DNA from: Octopus bimaculoides
Taxonomy: Eukaryota
NCBI RefSeq assembly: GCF_001194135.2
Contig: NC_068981.1
Span: forward strand, 174,916,372-174,974,663
Direction: 5' to 3'
Length of the DNA stretch: 58,292 nucleotides
In this document: positions 1 through 13,468 of the stretch, piece after piece
Position numbering within the stretch: the stretch's first letter is position 1
Layout of the letters: each line of letters starts with the position of its first letter
Program-made: the position numbers and the translations under genes
The notes under the pieces: generated by a model
Databases searched by the model: none
The model's input: only the letters and a program-made list of their open reading frames with translations
Told to the model about the DNA's origin: nothing

Positions 1-949
1 ACAGACACACCGACACATATGTATGTATATATGTGTGTGTATTGAATCTTTTTGAGTGTGTGCGTATGTACATAATTTCATAAACCTGTTATTCTATGTA
101 CTCATAAATAATATAGAGCTAATTACAAACAGACTGCCTGGCATAAATATATTCAGAGGATCAAGCAAATACTCAATTAATCATCGATTTTGAGTAATGA
201 CATTTGAGAATAGATATGTTTATGTACAGTAGAAACTAAGGCAAATTCCGGAATAGTAAACATAAATATCTGAGAGTATAGCAGATGCAAATAGCTAGCA
301 TCAATCAAAAGTGTTTCTTTGTTCACATAGTTGCGATGTTTGATACATGAAGATTCTATGATATATATTTCTGTGTCTATATATATTTTACTGAATACTT
401 CCGAAGCTATTGCGAACGGATGTGTCAGTAGTGAGGAATGACTGTACTACAATGAGAATACGGATAACATGAATATATGCTTCTCTTATGAAGGCATTTA
501 ATTTACTCCTCACCAAAGTAAAACAAAAATTGTGAATTTATGAACTCTGCTTGGATTTCAAAAGCAATGTGCACTGTAATAGATTCTCCAAGGAGGGTGG
601 GTGGGGAAGCAGGAAGTAGAATAAGGATAATCTGTTCCCTGCCCCACAGAAGCCTTTCTCTGCTTATCTGTACCTGATGTCCATTCTCGTTTACTACAAA
701 AAGCTAATATCAGTTTCCTCGAGTTTTCCTTTCCCTCAAACAGACGCGATAATCTCACAAGCATCTGTGCACTGGATTTTATTTTATTTAACAGCATCCA
801 TATGATTGTTTGATTTCCATGTTATATTTATGCTGGGTTTGTTCACACAAGACTAATCTGTTGATATTCTTCGGGAAATACATTCTGAGGATGTGTATTG
901 CATTAGTTCTAAGATCAGTTTGTTCATTCCTTTCCAGTGTTATTTGAAT

Positions 950-2128
950 AAACACGAAAAATATTTTTCTCGAAGGGTTTTCTGTTAAGATCTATTCTTC
1001 CTTTAGAACTTGTTCTTACCTTTTTTGAAATTTGAATAAATTTTATCTCTTTTCAGTGATATGGCGATGGGGTGCCAAATAGAAAAGAAAAAAATCGACA
1101 CCCGCTTCTCTTTATTGTTGATCAAGATTCCAAAGCTAAAAGCGTGTTGCGTACGGAGAAGGCGCTTTTACTGAACGAATTGCATACAAATGACTCTTCA
1201 ACTTCAAGGTTGGGAACATTGATCTCACAGATTCTCTGCGTTTAAGTAGACCTGTTAGGTTCGAAGAGGATCGATTGAATGAGCTCAAGTCCGAGGATCC
1301 ATGTCAATCCACTAGGGAATTGGCTCAACAGATGTGATACAGTCATGATATCGTCTCCTAACACCTTTCGTCGATGGAGAAGGTCCAAAAATCCGGTGCG
1401 TGTATAACCACACGCTCTGAAAGAAAGGGACAAGATCGAGCGCTTCTCTATCACCGTTGGTTTGCACGCACGGTACCTCACTACTCGTGGGCACATACAT
1501 TTCTTTACCGAATCGTCATTGGCGTTGAAACATGTCTTTATGTTAATATGAAGCACAAGAGTAAAAGTCAAGACAAGCCAGAGCTTCAGCCACGAAACAA
1601 AATGATGTGTGCATGGTAGGATGGAGAAGTGCTAATAAACTACATGATGCTTGAAAACCACTATACAGTTAATACAGAGCTTTCCGTTCTGCAGATACAC
1701 CAGCTCAAAGAAGAGATCCAGCAGAAACGACTCGACCGGTGACACAGCGTTCTTCTTCAACATGACAACGCTCGCCTACCATGCCATTTAATTTGACTAA
1801 AAATGCTATTCAAGAGCTCGGTTTTACTGCAACATTTTACTGCATCCATCATACTCTGCTGACAGAGTGATTTCTGATTATCACTTTTTACAGTCGCTCT
1901 CCAACAGTCTGCAAGGTGTTTCGTTCAATAACGACGCAGAGATAAAAACGTAGTCGATAAATTCTTTGAGTCAAGACCCGATAATTTCTACCGACAATGC
2001 ATCGACAATCTTGGAGAACGATGGTAAGTAACTGTGGACAATCAATAAGAATATTTTATTCATTGATTTCTTCAAAACGATGAAAAATACGGTTTATTTG
2101 GCAACAAACGGATTTATCAGACAATACA
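950..2128 (+). mobile_element. Decayed mariner (Tc1/mariner) transposase pseudogene with probable 3' TIR
   Basis: Frameshifted and stop-ridden translation retains mariner motifs: N-terminal HTH-like region (~1070-1330), MMCAW*DGEV (~VMLCVWWD, ~1602-1630), LQHDNAR (1755-1775), HPSYSADRVISDYHFL (~HPPYSPDLAPSDYHLF, ~1844-1890). It ends in a TIR-like GGATTTATCAGACAATA (~2110-2126). Confidence 0.85.
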
Positions 2129-3584
2129 AAATGTGTGTATGTATATATGCTTGTATGTTTATCCTTGCATTATTTCTTTCAGCCAATATCTGGAGGAAAT
2201 TTTTTTAGTTATTCAATAGACCTCAGTGTATTTCATTATAAATACTAACTCATTTACTTTTACTATGTATAAAGGCCTTATGATTTATTAGACACTGAAA
2301 TTGATTTCACATATCTCCAAAGGATACTAGGTGAGAAAACTTGGGGCAATAGACGGCCAGAAACTTCTCGTTATACTGCTAATTTCGTTACACAGCAAAT
2401 TTCTGTTGACGACCGTCATATTTGAATGGTGAAACAATCTAAGAAATACAAGAGGCAAGTATTATTGCGAAGTAGTGAGATGAAACTAAATACTAAAGAG
2501 CATCTTGTCCGACGTTTTACCACTATTTCTTTTCTGTCTTTCTAATATCTTTACAACAATAATCATAGTAACAAACAAAAAAAAAAATTATTCCTTATTT
2601 CTCAGTACACACATACAATATAACTCCCTTACTCATAAAATGCGCTTATATTATTTAAGAACCTTTTGAATTATTCATGAAGTACAGCATCTCATTTCCA
2701 GTTTCATATCAAATGAGTTTCTATGTGTTCGCGGGATCTGCTAGATTAGCAGTCCATATTCTCTAAAATCCTACAGCACTGTCCTTAGATTATCGGTAAA
2801 GCAATCCCTCTAGATAATACATAAAACATCGCAAAACGGAAGTGGAAAAAAAAACGGGATGATCGCAGTTGGAAGGCCTTTTAAAATTCACCTGATCAAG
2901 GAGAACCGCCATTGGGTTAAGCAATAACACACAAACAAAATTAACTTTATATTTATTTTCTACAAATGTTGTTATCATACTTACTGACTCTACCCCACGG
3001 TTAGAAATTATATCTTTGGCAATTGTTGTAAAGAATCAGCCCTAATATTAAATATATATATATCTCTGGACGCATAAATAGATAAAATAACATAGCTATG
3101 TACAAGTGGTTCTTTCAAATCTATTCACACCGCTCTAACACTTTCCTGCAACTACCACACTCTTTAATTATGTACCTAAGTCTTCCTTCCAGCATAACTA
3201 ACAATTACCAACAAAGAACTTATTGATTTTCATCTCACGTTTTTTTTTATTTATTTTTTAAAATCTCATTTACAATTCTTACTTTATAGATACTTTAATT
3301 ACTTCAGATCTATCATATAAAATCTTTTGCCTGGAATCCGTTTCCTTTTTCCTTTGAAGAAAATGTTTTGGAAGACCAATTTCAGCGACAATTTTTGGTT
3401 ATTTTCTCAGCTATTTAATAAAGTGGTTTTAGACTTGAAGAAAAGAATCTTGTTTATTTTAAACACCCTCACCTCCTTAGAATCTAAGCACTGACTATCA
3501 CAGCTTTCTCCTAAAATTTCTTCCACTTCTCATATCGCCTTCCCATCTAAATATCAGTTACTTTCAATATTCATCATCAGCATC

Positions 3585-3776
3585 GTCATCATCGTTACCT
3601 TCTTCTTCTTCTTCTTCTTCTTCTTCTTCTTCTTCTTCTTCTTCTTCTTCTTCTTCTTCTTCTTCTTCTTCTTCTTCTTCCCGCGCCCATGATCATCATC
3701 TATTATTATTGTTGTTGTTGTAGTTGTTGTTTTTGTTGTTGTTTTTCTTCTTCTTCTTCTTCTTCTTCTTCTTCTT

Positions 3777-3870
<94 letters not shown>
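3585..3870. repeat. Compound trinucleotide microsatellite (CTT)n-(GTT)n-(CTT)n-(TTA)n
   Basis: Directly visible. The (TTA)n part is the (TAA)n tail of the adjacent minus-strand LINE 3' end. Confidence 0.95.
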
Positions 3871-3871
<1 letters not shown>

Positions 3872-4350
3872 CTTTACAAAACTTCTAACGCTGGTGATGT
3901 ACTACTGTGCCAGCTGTTCACTACGAGTGAACTAAAGTAACATCACTTGTGTTTTTGAGCACCATCCGGAGTATTCGAGCGGTTCGAAGCACTACTGTTT
4001 TCTGCAAGTGCTCCACCCTTATTGCAACCCCTAATTGTTCCATGTATTTCTCACGATTTTTACTCACTGTTCGCAGGGCTCCGACAATTATTGGTACTAC
4101 TACCACCTTTTTCAACGACCACAACTGCTCAAACTCCCAAGATAACCTGTCATATCTATCGACTTTTCTTCCTTCTTTATTGCATGCCGTATTGTCAGCT
4201 GGGCATGCTATATCTATGATCTAGCATCGTTTGCTTTCTTTCTCAATTAACACTATATCTGGTTTCCTATTCTCTATCTCATGGTTGCCTGAATCATAAA
4301 AATCCCACAGGATCTTTGCATTATCATTTTTGATGATGCCTTCGGGTTTT
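3871..4350 (-). mobile_element. R4/Dong-like non-LTR retrotransposon C-terminal restriction-like endonuclease and 3' end (pseudogene)
   Basis: Minus strand translates KPEGIIKNDNAKILWDF...RKPDIVLIEKESKRC*IIDIACP...LWSLKKVVVVPIIVGALRTV...LQKTVVLRTARILRMVL. This is the PD-(D/E)xK RLE and C-terminus typical of R4/Dong-type elements, followed by a short UTR and (TAA)n. Confidence 0.85.
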
Positions 4351-4399
4351 ATTATTATTCAACCAAAGCCTGGGATAGAACATAGTCAAGGGTGAAATA

Positions 4400-4960
4400 T
4401 AATGATTGAAAATAAGTTACTCAAATGGATCAGGTCCTTTAAATATCTTGGAGGTACAGTAAACTTTAAGCGTACTCTTGATGACGAAATCTATGTTAGA
4501 ATATCTAAGGCTATAAGTGCTTTGGAAAACTCTTCCAACGTTTGTGGAATTAATACGATTTCAGTTTGAAAATTAAAATAAGTGTATACAAATCTTGTAT
4601 TTCGAGCACACTTTTGTATGTGCAGAGATATGGAGTCGCTACTACAGATATATAAAGATACTGGAAACCTTTCACATGTACCGTGTACGCAATTGATATC
4701 TTCAGTGTCAAAGGCATGTTGTTGAGAATTCAATGAGGATGGGCTGGACAAGTTTATCGAATGCAAGATGATCGCTTTCCCAATATTCTTTTGTATGACC
4801 AATAAGTAGGAGTATTCAGCGGTAAAGGAAAACCTATCTTTAGGTATAAATATAAGTTGAAGCAATCACTAAAACACAAGAGCTTAATTTAACGTCTCGA
4901 GAAAGTTATTACCTGGATCGATCTGAATGGCGTTAAATGTGTCATGACGCAGCTAAACTA
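4400..4960 (+). mobile_element. RTE-clade LINE fragment (post-RT region), decayed
   Basis: Translates FKYLGGTV...LDDEIYVRISKAISA...KISVYKSCISSTLL..EIW...ILETFH...DRSEWR, characteristic of the RTE/BovB RT C-terminal region. It contains frameshifts. Confidence 0.8.
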
Positions 4961-5189
4961 TTTGATCTGAAGAGACAGAACAATAAGAGAATTTTATCCA
5001 GAAATTAAAAGACACATTTGTCCAGTCCCTAGTAAAATAAAAATCACAAATTCCCCATTTTAACTTCATAGCGAGTTCCAAACCTGGATGCAAATTACAT
5101 TCACGCATCCACCACAAATAGGATGTGGCCTCTTTTATTTTTAATCCTTTCTTTCAAAGTTCTCCATTGTGGAGAACGTCTGCTTGGTA

Positions 5190-6350
5190 GTCTGCTATGA
5201 GTAGAGATTGATCCTGCCTGAGTTGCTATTATAAAACCTTCAGTTTCTGCCTTTAAGCATGAACTATACAAAAACCGAGTGTTCTTTTTTATTTTTATCT
5301 ATATCTGCTTCCCTTCGCTTGGGATACTGACCATGGAGCGGTTTCTCTTGCCATTTCTTTCTAAGCTTCCTTAGGCCTTCTTTAGCTTACAAGTTGTTTT
5401 GCTGATTATGTTGGTATTGCAGCTATGATGATTTAAATCTCAGCTTAGTTCTCTTTTATACTTCTGTGCCTCTTTAATGACAGAAAGTAGCATTTTATCC
5501 CCTTCGTGTTGATTTACTAGCTCTATCATTCAGCCAAAGTTATTCTAAATTTATGAATTAAGTCCCATTTTGGAGGCCTCGTAGGATAATTGTTGATGGC
5601 TCAGACCCCCTACCACCCTCTTTAAGGGGAACATAGATTCTATGACCATCAGATCGTGGATGATGCATTTTCTTTGCTGTTATTAGTTTTCTCAATTTGG
5701 TGTCCATTCGTTGAAGTTCATTTATATTCTGTTAATTAATTTATAACTGTACTGTGCCACTGGCATACCAAGTGAATTAATGGTTTGAATCCTATTCTGC
5801 GAATTCAGTTTGGTTTTGATAATCAACCTTATTCTCCTATAATGTTCTCTCCTGATTTATTCCTTCATGGTGCTGTGTAGCATCCCTTTCCCTTCATTGA
5901 TCCCCAGATATTTGTATGCTTTACCTTCGTTGATAACAGTGTCGTCATGTAGCGTAATGGACGATGTAGAAATGTGTTTTTCCCGTTTAAATATTGCTCT
6001 GGTTCAGTTAAATCCAAATTCCATATTAATAGTGTCACTAAAACTTTACACAGTTATTAGTAATCCCGCCAAATCATAATTATTTTTTGTATATGCCTTG
6101 AGGTCATCCGTATAAAAAAGGTGTGAGATAGTTGTATCAAAGATTTTGTAACCATATTGTGTACGGTTCAATTCATGTGACAAGTACGAGTGCTAAACAA
6201 AAAGTTATGGGGGCAATGAGTCTCTCTGAAATACATTTTGGTTAATCGTGATACTACTAAATGTACTTATATCTTTATTATGATTGAGGTACAATTTTGT
6301 CTATCACATTCGCATACTTTAGCGAAATACTATAACCCCGACACTCAAAC
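5190..6350 (-). mobile_element. R4/Dong-like LINE reverse transcriptase fragment (pseudogene)
   Basis: Minus strand motifs: VFQRDSL (~IFQGDSL), ISHLFYTDDLK (YxDD, ~6101-6127), MEFG, AYKYLGINE (~5901-5918), HHPRSD..RIYVPLKEGGRGL (~5602-5660), LKAETEGFII (~5233-5257). Confidence 0.85.
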
Positions 6351-6379
6351 GATTTTGTCAGTCAACCACCCTTAATATT

Positions 6380-6550
6380 TGCGCCTAATTTAGGCACAAG
6401 GGCTGAGATTCTAGGAAGGGTGTTTCTCGGTTATATCGACCGATATACTTGTCAGGTGCTTTAATAATACCGGAAGTACATCCCAGTGGATTCAGAACGT
6501 TAAGAGACAGGTCTAAAAGCTGCAAGGCATTTTATTCTATGATTTTGCTT
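6380..6550 (-). mobile_element. Degenerate SINE fragment (family A, related to 28300-28515)
   Basis: GGCACAAGGG...ATCGACC...TGGATTCAGAACGTT is similar to the reverse complement of the family A copies. Confidence 0.5.
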
Positions 6551-9275
6551 ATCGACCGCTTTCCGTAGTTAAATCGTTAAGAGCGGGAACGATATATCAA
6601 TGATCAAATAAACCAATAGAATCTACACGTTATAAAGTAGGCTTAAGCGCCATTTCGGAAATAATCAAGTACCTTGAGACGGCAAAAATGTCGTATTTTC
6701 ATACGTTGTCCAAATATGAAGAAAATAAGAAAAAACAATGAAATTAAGCAAGCCAATATGCAAACAGGTCTCAAAAATAATTAACACATTTAAGATTGTC
6801 GACTTCAACTTTATTTAACATTTACTCTCTCAAAATAACTAAAATTAAACTGTATACTTTCGAATACAATTCTGGTTATCTCATAGCCGTGGAATCATAA
6901 TCAGAGGCTGTGGTGTTTAAGAGCTTCAAGTTTTAAAAAATATATATTAATCCAGTCCACTAGCATTAAAAGAAAATGTGGTAACAGCTTTGTGAGGCAC
7001 ATTCTCACGAACATTTCACGTCTTTGAAATAAATAATATGAATTTCATGGCCTGTATATGCTAAGTGCCGATATATCGAGTATCTTGCTTTTTATGCATT
7101 TTCACTGCATTTACACAACTTTTTGCCTTCTGTAGTAAATTGCGTATCTCCGGAACTTTCATCTCGTAGCTGCAGTCTGTCGCTCGTTTTCTTAAATTCT
7201 AAAAGCATGTCCTGTTCAGGAAATAATTAAAGCAGAGACGTGAGTATGAGGTGTATGCATGGTGAAAATATTACGACAGCATATATTGATATGTTTAATA
7301 TCCATACAATGTAACACTCAGTGAACTTTTATTTCATTTAGAAGAAGACTCTGGGTAGAATATACTCTTAAAAACAAGAAAAAGAAAAAGGAAGAAAATG
7401 CATTTCGAAATTATGTTAAAAGTCATTCAAGATAAGTAGAAATGAGCAAGTAGAGAAAAATTAACATGACAGTTAAGATATTTCTACTAAACCATGCAAT
7501 TAGTTACAACTGACTGAATGCTAATAGTGGTCTTCTGGAAGGCTGCCTTCAATATTCAATTATGGTGCAACACTTTCAATAATATCTTTGAGAATGGTAC
7601 GTAAATACCAACACCTCCACTTATTTCTATTATAAATTTTTCCTAATTTGTCAGTATTACAAATCTATGAGACAATACTTTGATTAATGATTGCAAGAAA
7701 CAAAATTTTTCATATGTAATATTCGCATATATTCATTTAATAAGTACTGCCTTCAAAATATAAAAACAGGAACTAAGTACGTACATGTGGTTATGTACCA
7801 GAACGTCCAACTCAACTCTAAATGAGGATCAAGGAGAAGCATAACTGATTACGCTTGTCAATAATAGCTTTCTTGAATTGATCAGTTATATGTCGAAACT
7901 AAAATTGTTACTAAAAGAATCCTTAGCGTAATTTGGAATTAACGTACAAGTTAAAACACTAGTTTAACATATAACTTTTTACTACGAATAAATCGCTATG
8001 CTCAATATTTTGTGGCATGACAGAAATATTCAATTGTAATTATAGAAAAAAAGCAACTTTTAGAACTTTTAGAAATAGTAATATCGCGTGGAATCGTCAC
8101 GATTCGTCACCGACATTCCCCAGGTTACAATGCTGTCAGATACAAGATTTACAAACGCCAGCATGGTGTCATCGGAATAATGGAGGCTAAATAATTGTTG
8201 GATTGGATAGAAAAAGTCAGAATACAAATCTGTTGCTTGGCAGACACCTGGCATGTAGCTGACAGAAAGAAGGACTTCTTACCCATATTCACATATTAAG
8301 TCGACATAAAAATTTTATCGGCGGTGTGCTGTATTTTCGTCAGTGAGAGGAATATTCTCATACGTAATTTGATTCAATATTTGCAATGATCTTTAATCTA
8401 CTCGTGTCTCAGAAGACATTAAGAACCACAATAAGTAGTTTAAGTTGCACGATATTCAATTTTTTGCATTTAGATCGATCAGAAATAATTAGTCAGGCAC
8501 ATCCGAAAATTTAAGTTTCAAATACCCAACACACCTTCTTCTCTAAAGCATCAACGGATATCATTTCTGCTATGCTGGAAGCCATTTTACCATTTATTAA
8601 GTACAGATGTTGTTCAGTTTGCTAAGAAAAAATACGTAACATTGTTATCACTATAATTGGAGAATAATATTATTAATTACATTAAACTGATAAGTATTAT
8701 TATATCTACATTCTGTTTCTTACCATAAAAAGTATATTTCTTATCTGGAGTTGAGCAACTTAGACAACGGATATGCCCATATCAGTGGAGATATTATAGC
8801 AATCATGTTATCTACCTTTAATTACGTCCCATTCTAAGCTCTATATCAGTTGATATTTTAACTTCAACGAAGAATAAAATATGTATGTGTCATCTTGTCT
8901 CAGAAATTTTATACTTTTAAGCTTATAGCCTTTGAAACGCTTTGAAGGAACATTCATCAATACGAACTATGTTCAACATTTTCTATCAATATCCAGGAAA
9001 GAGAATGTAAATGTTTTAGTGTTTCCATAACAGCAGTCAGATGGCGGATACTGTTTAGTAATCAACTGAGCCTACTTTGAAATATATACCATGAAAGTGA
9101 AATAAATATACTTTGTGGTCCATAATAAGTATCTTACACATTTCTATAAGAAACAGAACTGCGCTTATCAAATAAATATGCCGTTCCGTTCTTTCTAATC
9201 CATCCATTTATCTTTAAGCGATATGCATATATATATATATATATATATATATACTCACACACGCATATATATGTA

Positions 9276-9483
9276 TATCTGTAAAAATATGTGACACTTA
9301 TTCGGTACCCGTGATAAAACTCCGAGTTTCGGATGCCGGGGCAGAAACCCACGCCGCCATCTCTTATCTGGCAATTGAAAATTCCTATGAAAATGAGATG
9401 GCGGCATGGGTTTTCGCCCCGGCATCCGAAACTCGGAGTTCTATCATGGCTACCGAATAATCGTCACATATTTTTTCAGATAA
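9276..9483. repeat. GC-rich foldback palindrome / MITE-like hairpin
   Basis: The left arm (~9276-9363) is about 90% reverse-complementary to the right arm (~9395-9483), e.g. TTATTCGGTACCCGTGATAAAACTCCGAGTTTCGGATGCCGGGGC versus GCCCCGGCATCCGAAACTCGGAGTTCTATCATGGCTACCGAATAA. The spacer is 31 nt. Confidence 0.85.
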
Positions 9484-9761
9484 ATTCCTCTATTTACATA
9501 ATATTGAGCTCTCTTTCTTTCTTTTGTTGTCTTTTCTATCAATATACATATANNNNNNNNNNNNNNNNNNNNNNNNNNNNNNNNNNNNNNNNNNNNNNNN
9601 NNNNNNNNNNNNNNNNNNNNNNNNNNNNNNNNNNNNNNNNNNNNNNNNNNNNNNNNNNNNNNNNNNNNNNNNNNNNNNNNNNNNNNNNNNNNNNNNNNNN
9701 NNNNNNNNNNNNNNNNNNNNNNNNNNNNNNNNNNNNNNNNNNNNNNNNNNNNNNNNNNNNN

Positions 9762-9824
<63 letters not shown>

Positions 9825-10274
9825 TGGAACCTATTTTTGTTTTTGCAAAACTATAACATACTTTTTCAAAATATCAGTTTCTGACACAATCGATTTCTCT
9901 TGAACGATCTTCGTCTAAGTTTAGATAGTGTTGTTCTGGATTCCAACATATGTTTTTGCCTTCTATCAAGGCGAATAGATTTGAAATGATCTATGCATCA
10001 AAATTTGACGCCAACCAAATGATGCTTACAGGCGCCAAATTAATTAATGAAAATACTCTTTTAATAGCACAGCAAACCATGGTCCTGCCATACATATGTA
10101 AGTCGACGTGCTGTGCGTAAAGATAAAGATATAAAATGAAAATACAAAAAATGGCATAGACAAAAGTGGGGAAAAAAGCAATTCTGATTTTGTATGAGCA
10201 AGGTCAATTTGTAATAATTCATGTCATTGAAATGACCTAAAGTGTCAATATTTTTGATGTTTTTTTTAATATAC

Positions 10275-10310
<36 letters not shown>

Positions 10311-13300
10311 ACACACACACACATATATATATATGTATATATGTATGTATGTATGCATGTATAACATCCACTGTCTGCAGAGCTCCTAGTATAGCAAGCT
10401 ATTATGGTCTCATCGAGAGCAATTATTAAAATATTGTTGCAAACTTGACAGAACATTTAGCACTTCAATGAAGCTATCGTTTTGGACCACCCGACTTCAT
10501 TGGTAGTGATTTTCTACAGCAATGCTTATATTTATTTGAAGGATATTATAGTCTTTAGAAAAGAAATATGTTTTTCATGATTTTTATAAAAATACTACAC
10601 GGCTTATAACAACTGGCTATGTAAGCCAGAAGTTAAAACTCGCTATGAAATATTGATACTGGTCCTAGATCACGTCTTGTTTTTCTGTAGTTACCGAACT
10701 AACTACAGTGATGGAACGGGAAAAAATACCGAACATAGGTTAATCTTTATTATTCGGGCTACATGTAGTCTAAATACTCTACTTTTAAAACTGAAGCTAA
10801 AATCGAATGATTATTAAAATCCCGTGGTCGTGAATTTAATTTCCAACACAATGATTTGGCCTCTTCATAAAAGCGTGCTCTGTCCTTGAAAAACAGCAAA
10901 TATTTTTATATTATTGAAGGAAAAGAGTTCTCATTAAAGAGAACTCTAATGATCAAGTGAGGGTAAACGCACAATAGTCATGCAACTTCAATACGTTACT
11001 TACTTTGAGCAAAAATCGTAACTTAGTTGATCATCCAGTAAAGCAAATATCAAAATTTAAATAAAGATTATACACGCTTCTATATCCTGATAAATCCGGT
11101 AAATATTGTTTTACCCGGATTACTACGTCTTAAATGTGTCATTACCTCTACCTTAAGTATGATATGAGATGTAGCCAAATTCAGAATATGAGTTATCTGT
11201 TATATGAAAAATAAGTAACATCCAGTGTATTAAGACGTTTCTGTATGTAAAGAGTAAAAAGTTATCTCTGAATGGTGATTCAGTATGAAACGTAATATGT
11301 TCATAAACTGTGCGCTGCAGCTCGACCATTTGGGCTGTATAACTTGTACTGTATAACTTGTAAGTTGTATAACTTCTACTGAAAGAAAGTTTACTGTAAT
11401 GTCAGTAGAGCTCAGTTCAAAAAAGATTGACCATAAATTATTAATAGAATACACATTTGTGCAATTGTAATTCAAACTAACTGAATTTTGACTTAATTTT
11501 TAAGAATGTTGATGATTCCATTAAAGAAAATCAGAAACTGCCGGCGTCTCGTACAGTTCAGAATACTCAGCTTTCTGTAGCTATGTCCTTATTTGCCTAC
11601 AAACAACTACTTCTGTCTGCAATTCTAGTATTATGACAAGGTTTACTTGTTTTCATATATCTTTGACGTGTTTAGTAAATTCATTGTCATAAAACATAGA
11701 CATCTTAAACTATTTTAACTAGCCTCAGGAAATTAACTTTAAAGCTAAATTTATTATTCTTAAGCTTTGTGATTAGATGTCTTTTATCGTCTGTCGAACA
11801 GGAAGAGAGAATTGAAAATAGCTAAGCTTACCGTTCTATCACTAGCTACATAAGAAATTCTGTGTATCTATTTTACCTACCTAATCAATTAACTATAGCA
11901 TTTTGAAAAGCTTTTCACTAGGGGTATTGAGTCATGACATGTTTTGATTATGTATGTTTGTGAATACCTGACTTTTATTGTGGTTTTTAGGCGCTAAGAT
12001 GACTAGCGTTTTTGTATGGGGACCTTTAAATTTCTCTTCAGTGTAGGGATCAGGAATTGAGTTTACTTTCTTGGGAGTGTCATAAATAATCAAATTACCA
12101 ATAAGCACATCAACATAATGTGTCTAATGCTCAGTTGATTTGACCGAACTGTATCTTAAAGAATTATCTATTATGTTACTTTATATATCTCTTTTCAGTC
12201 TTATTGAATGTGTTGTAAATATTTTTGAGCGGATTGAATTAGGTTTCAGTCACATATGCATAGTAGTCCTTCAGCTGTATATTATCCTCTTTCCAAAAAT
12301 TATCCAAGAAGTCATTATCATCATGATAACTGTATCTTTCAAAAACAAATTACATTCTGTGCACTTGTGTGTGTGTATTTTTAATTGACAGATATGGACG
12401 AATAATGGAAAATCGATTACTAGTAAACGTAATGCAAATGTCTAATCTAATTTGTTTTACTTCATACCATTTACAATAAAATTAATTATGGAAGGAATGA
12501 AAAGATTACCATGAACTCCCTTCATCTATATACATCACCATCTAAGTGGACAAATGAAAAATGTACCTTCTCAAGGTCTACTAAAATTTCATTTAATAAA
12601 CCGATACATGGAGGCCAAAATATGACAGTGATATATGTCATACGTAGTATAGTGTTTGATTAAATACTTCGAAGCTCCATATACATATTATGAGCACACT
12701 GATAGTTAAAATCAAGATTTTCACTCATTATTATAAGGATTATTTCGTGGAAACTAAAACTTAAGTTTCGCATTTTTAATGGAAATCGTATATGAGGTCG
12801 GTAGATTACATTCTGACTCTATGGTACTGTCATTACAGAGAAGTTGCGCTTTAAAAAGAAATTAGAGGAATAAGTGGAATTTCCAGATATCTTTTTTTAT
12901 ACCAGGTATATTTTGCTTGGAGTGCAATTGTGAAATATATATTATACAACATTTATTAAGTCTTACATTCCCTTCCTCTGTATTTTTATTTACGCATTGC
13001 TGCATCTTAAGGCCATATATATTCATTTTATAATTATTAATAACAAGTGATAGGGACGTTTGTTTAAATTGTGAGTGAAATTAAAGGAGAAACTAAACAT
13101 TTTATTAGAAAGTATGTCAAAAATGCGAAATATTACATCGAGGAAGGCAAATATAATAAAGACAGTAAAAATATAAATCGTGTGGAAACAGGCCCACAGA
13201 TAAATGAAATCAAGCATATTATAAAAGGTAGTATGGAACGAATGTTAAAAGCCTGGGAAAGGCAAGAGCAAAATTATATTAAAGAGGCAAAATAGTACAA

Positions 13301-13422
13301 TAAGGAGCATATAAATAGATTAAGACAATGATAAAGAGACAGACATCAAGTAAAAAACAAAACATGACGGTATATTAATAATATGCGAATGGATATAGTG
13401 ACTCATGTACATATAACACGGC

Positions 13423-13468
<46 letters not shown>

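Noticed and set aside
8069-8254. ORF with faint carboxylesterase-like wording (FVNLVSD...RYYYF)
   Set aside because: It stops immediately afterwards and has no supporting neighbouring exons; the similarity is too weak.
13071-13295. 74-aa charged ORF
   Set aside because: No ATG or good acceptor and no recognisable domain; compatible with A-rich compositional bias.
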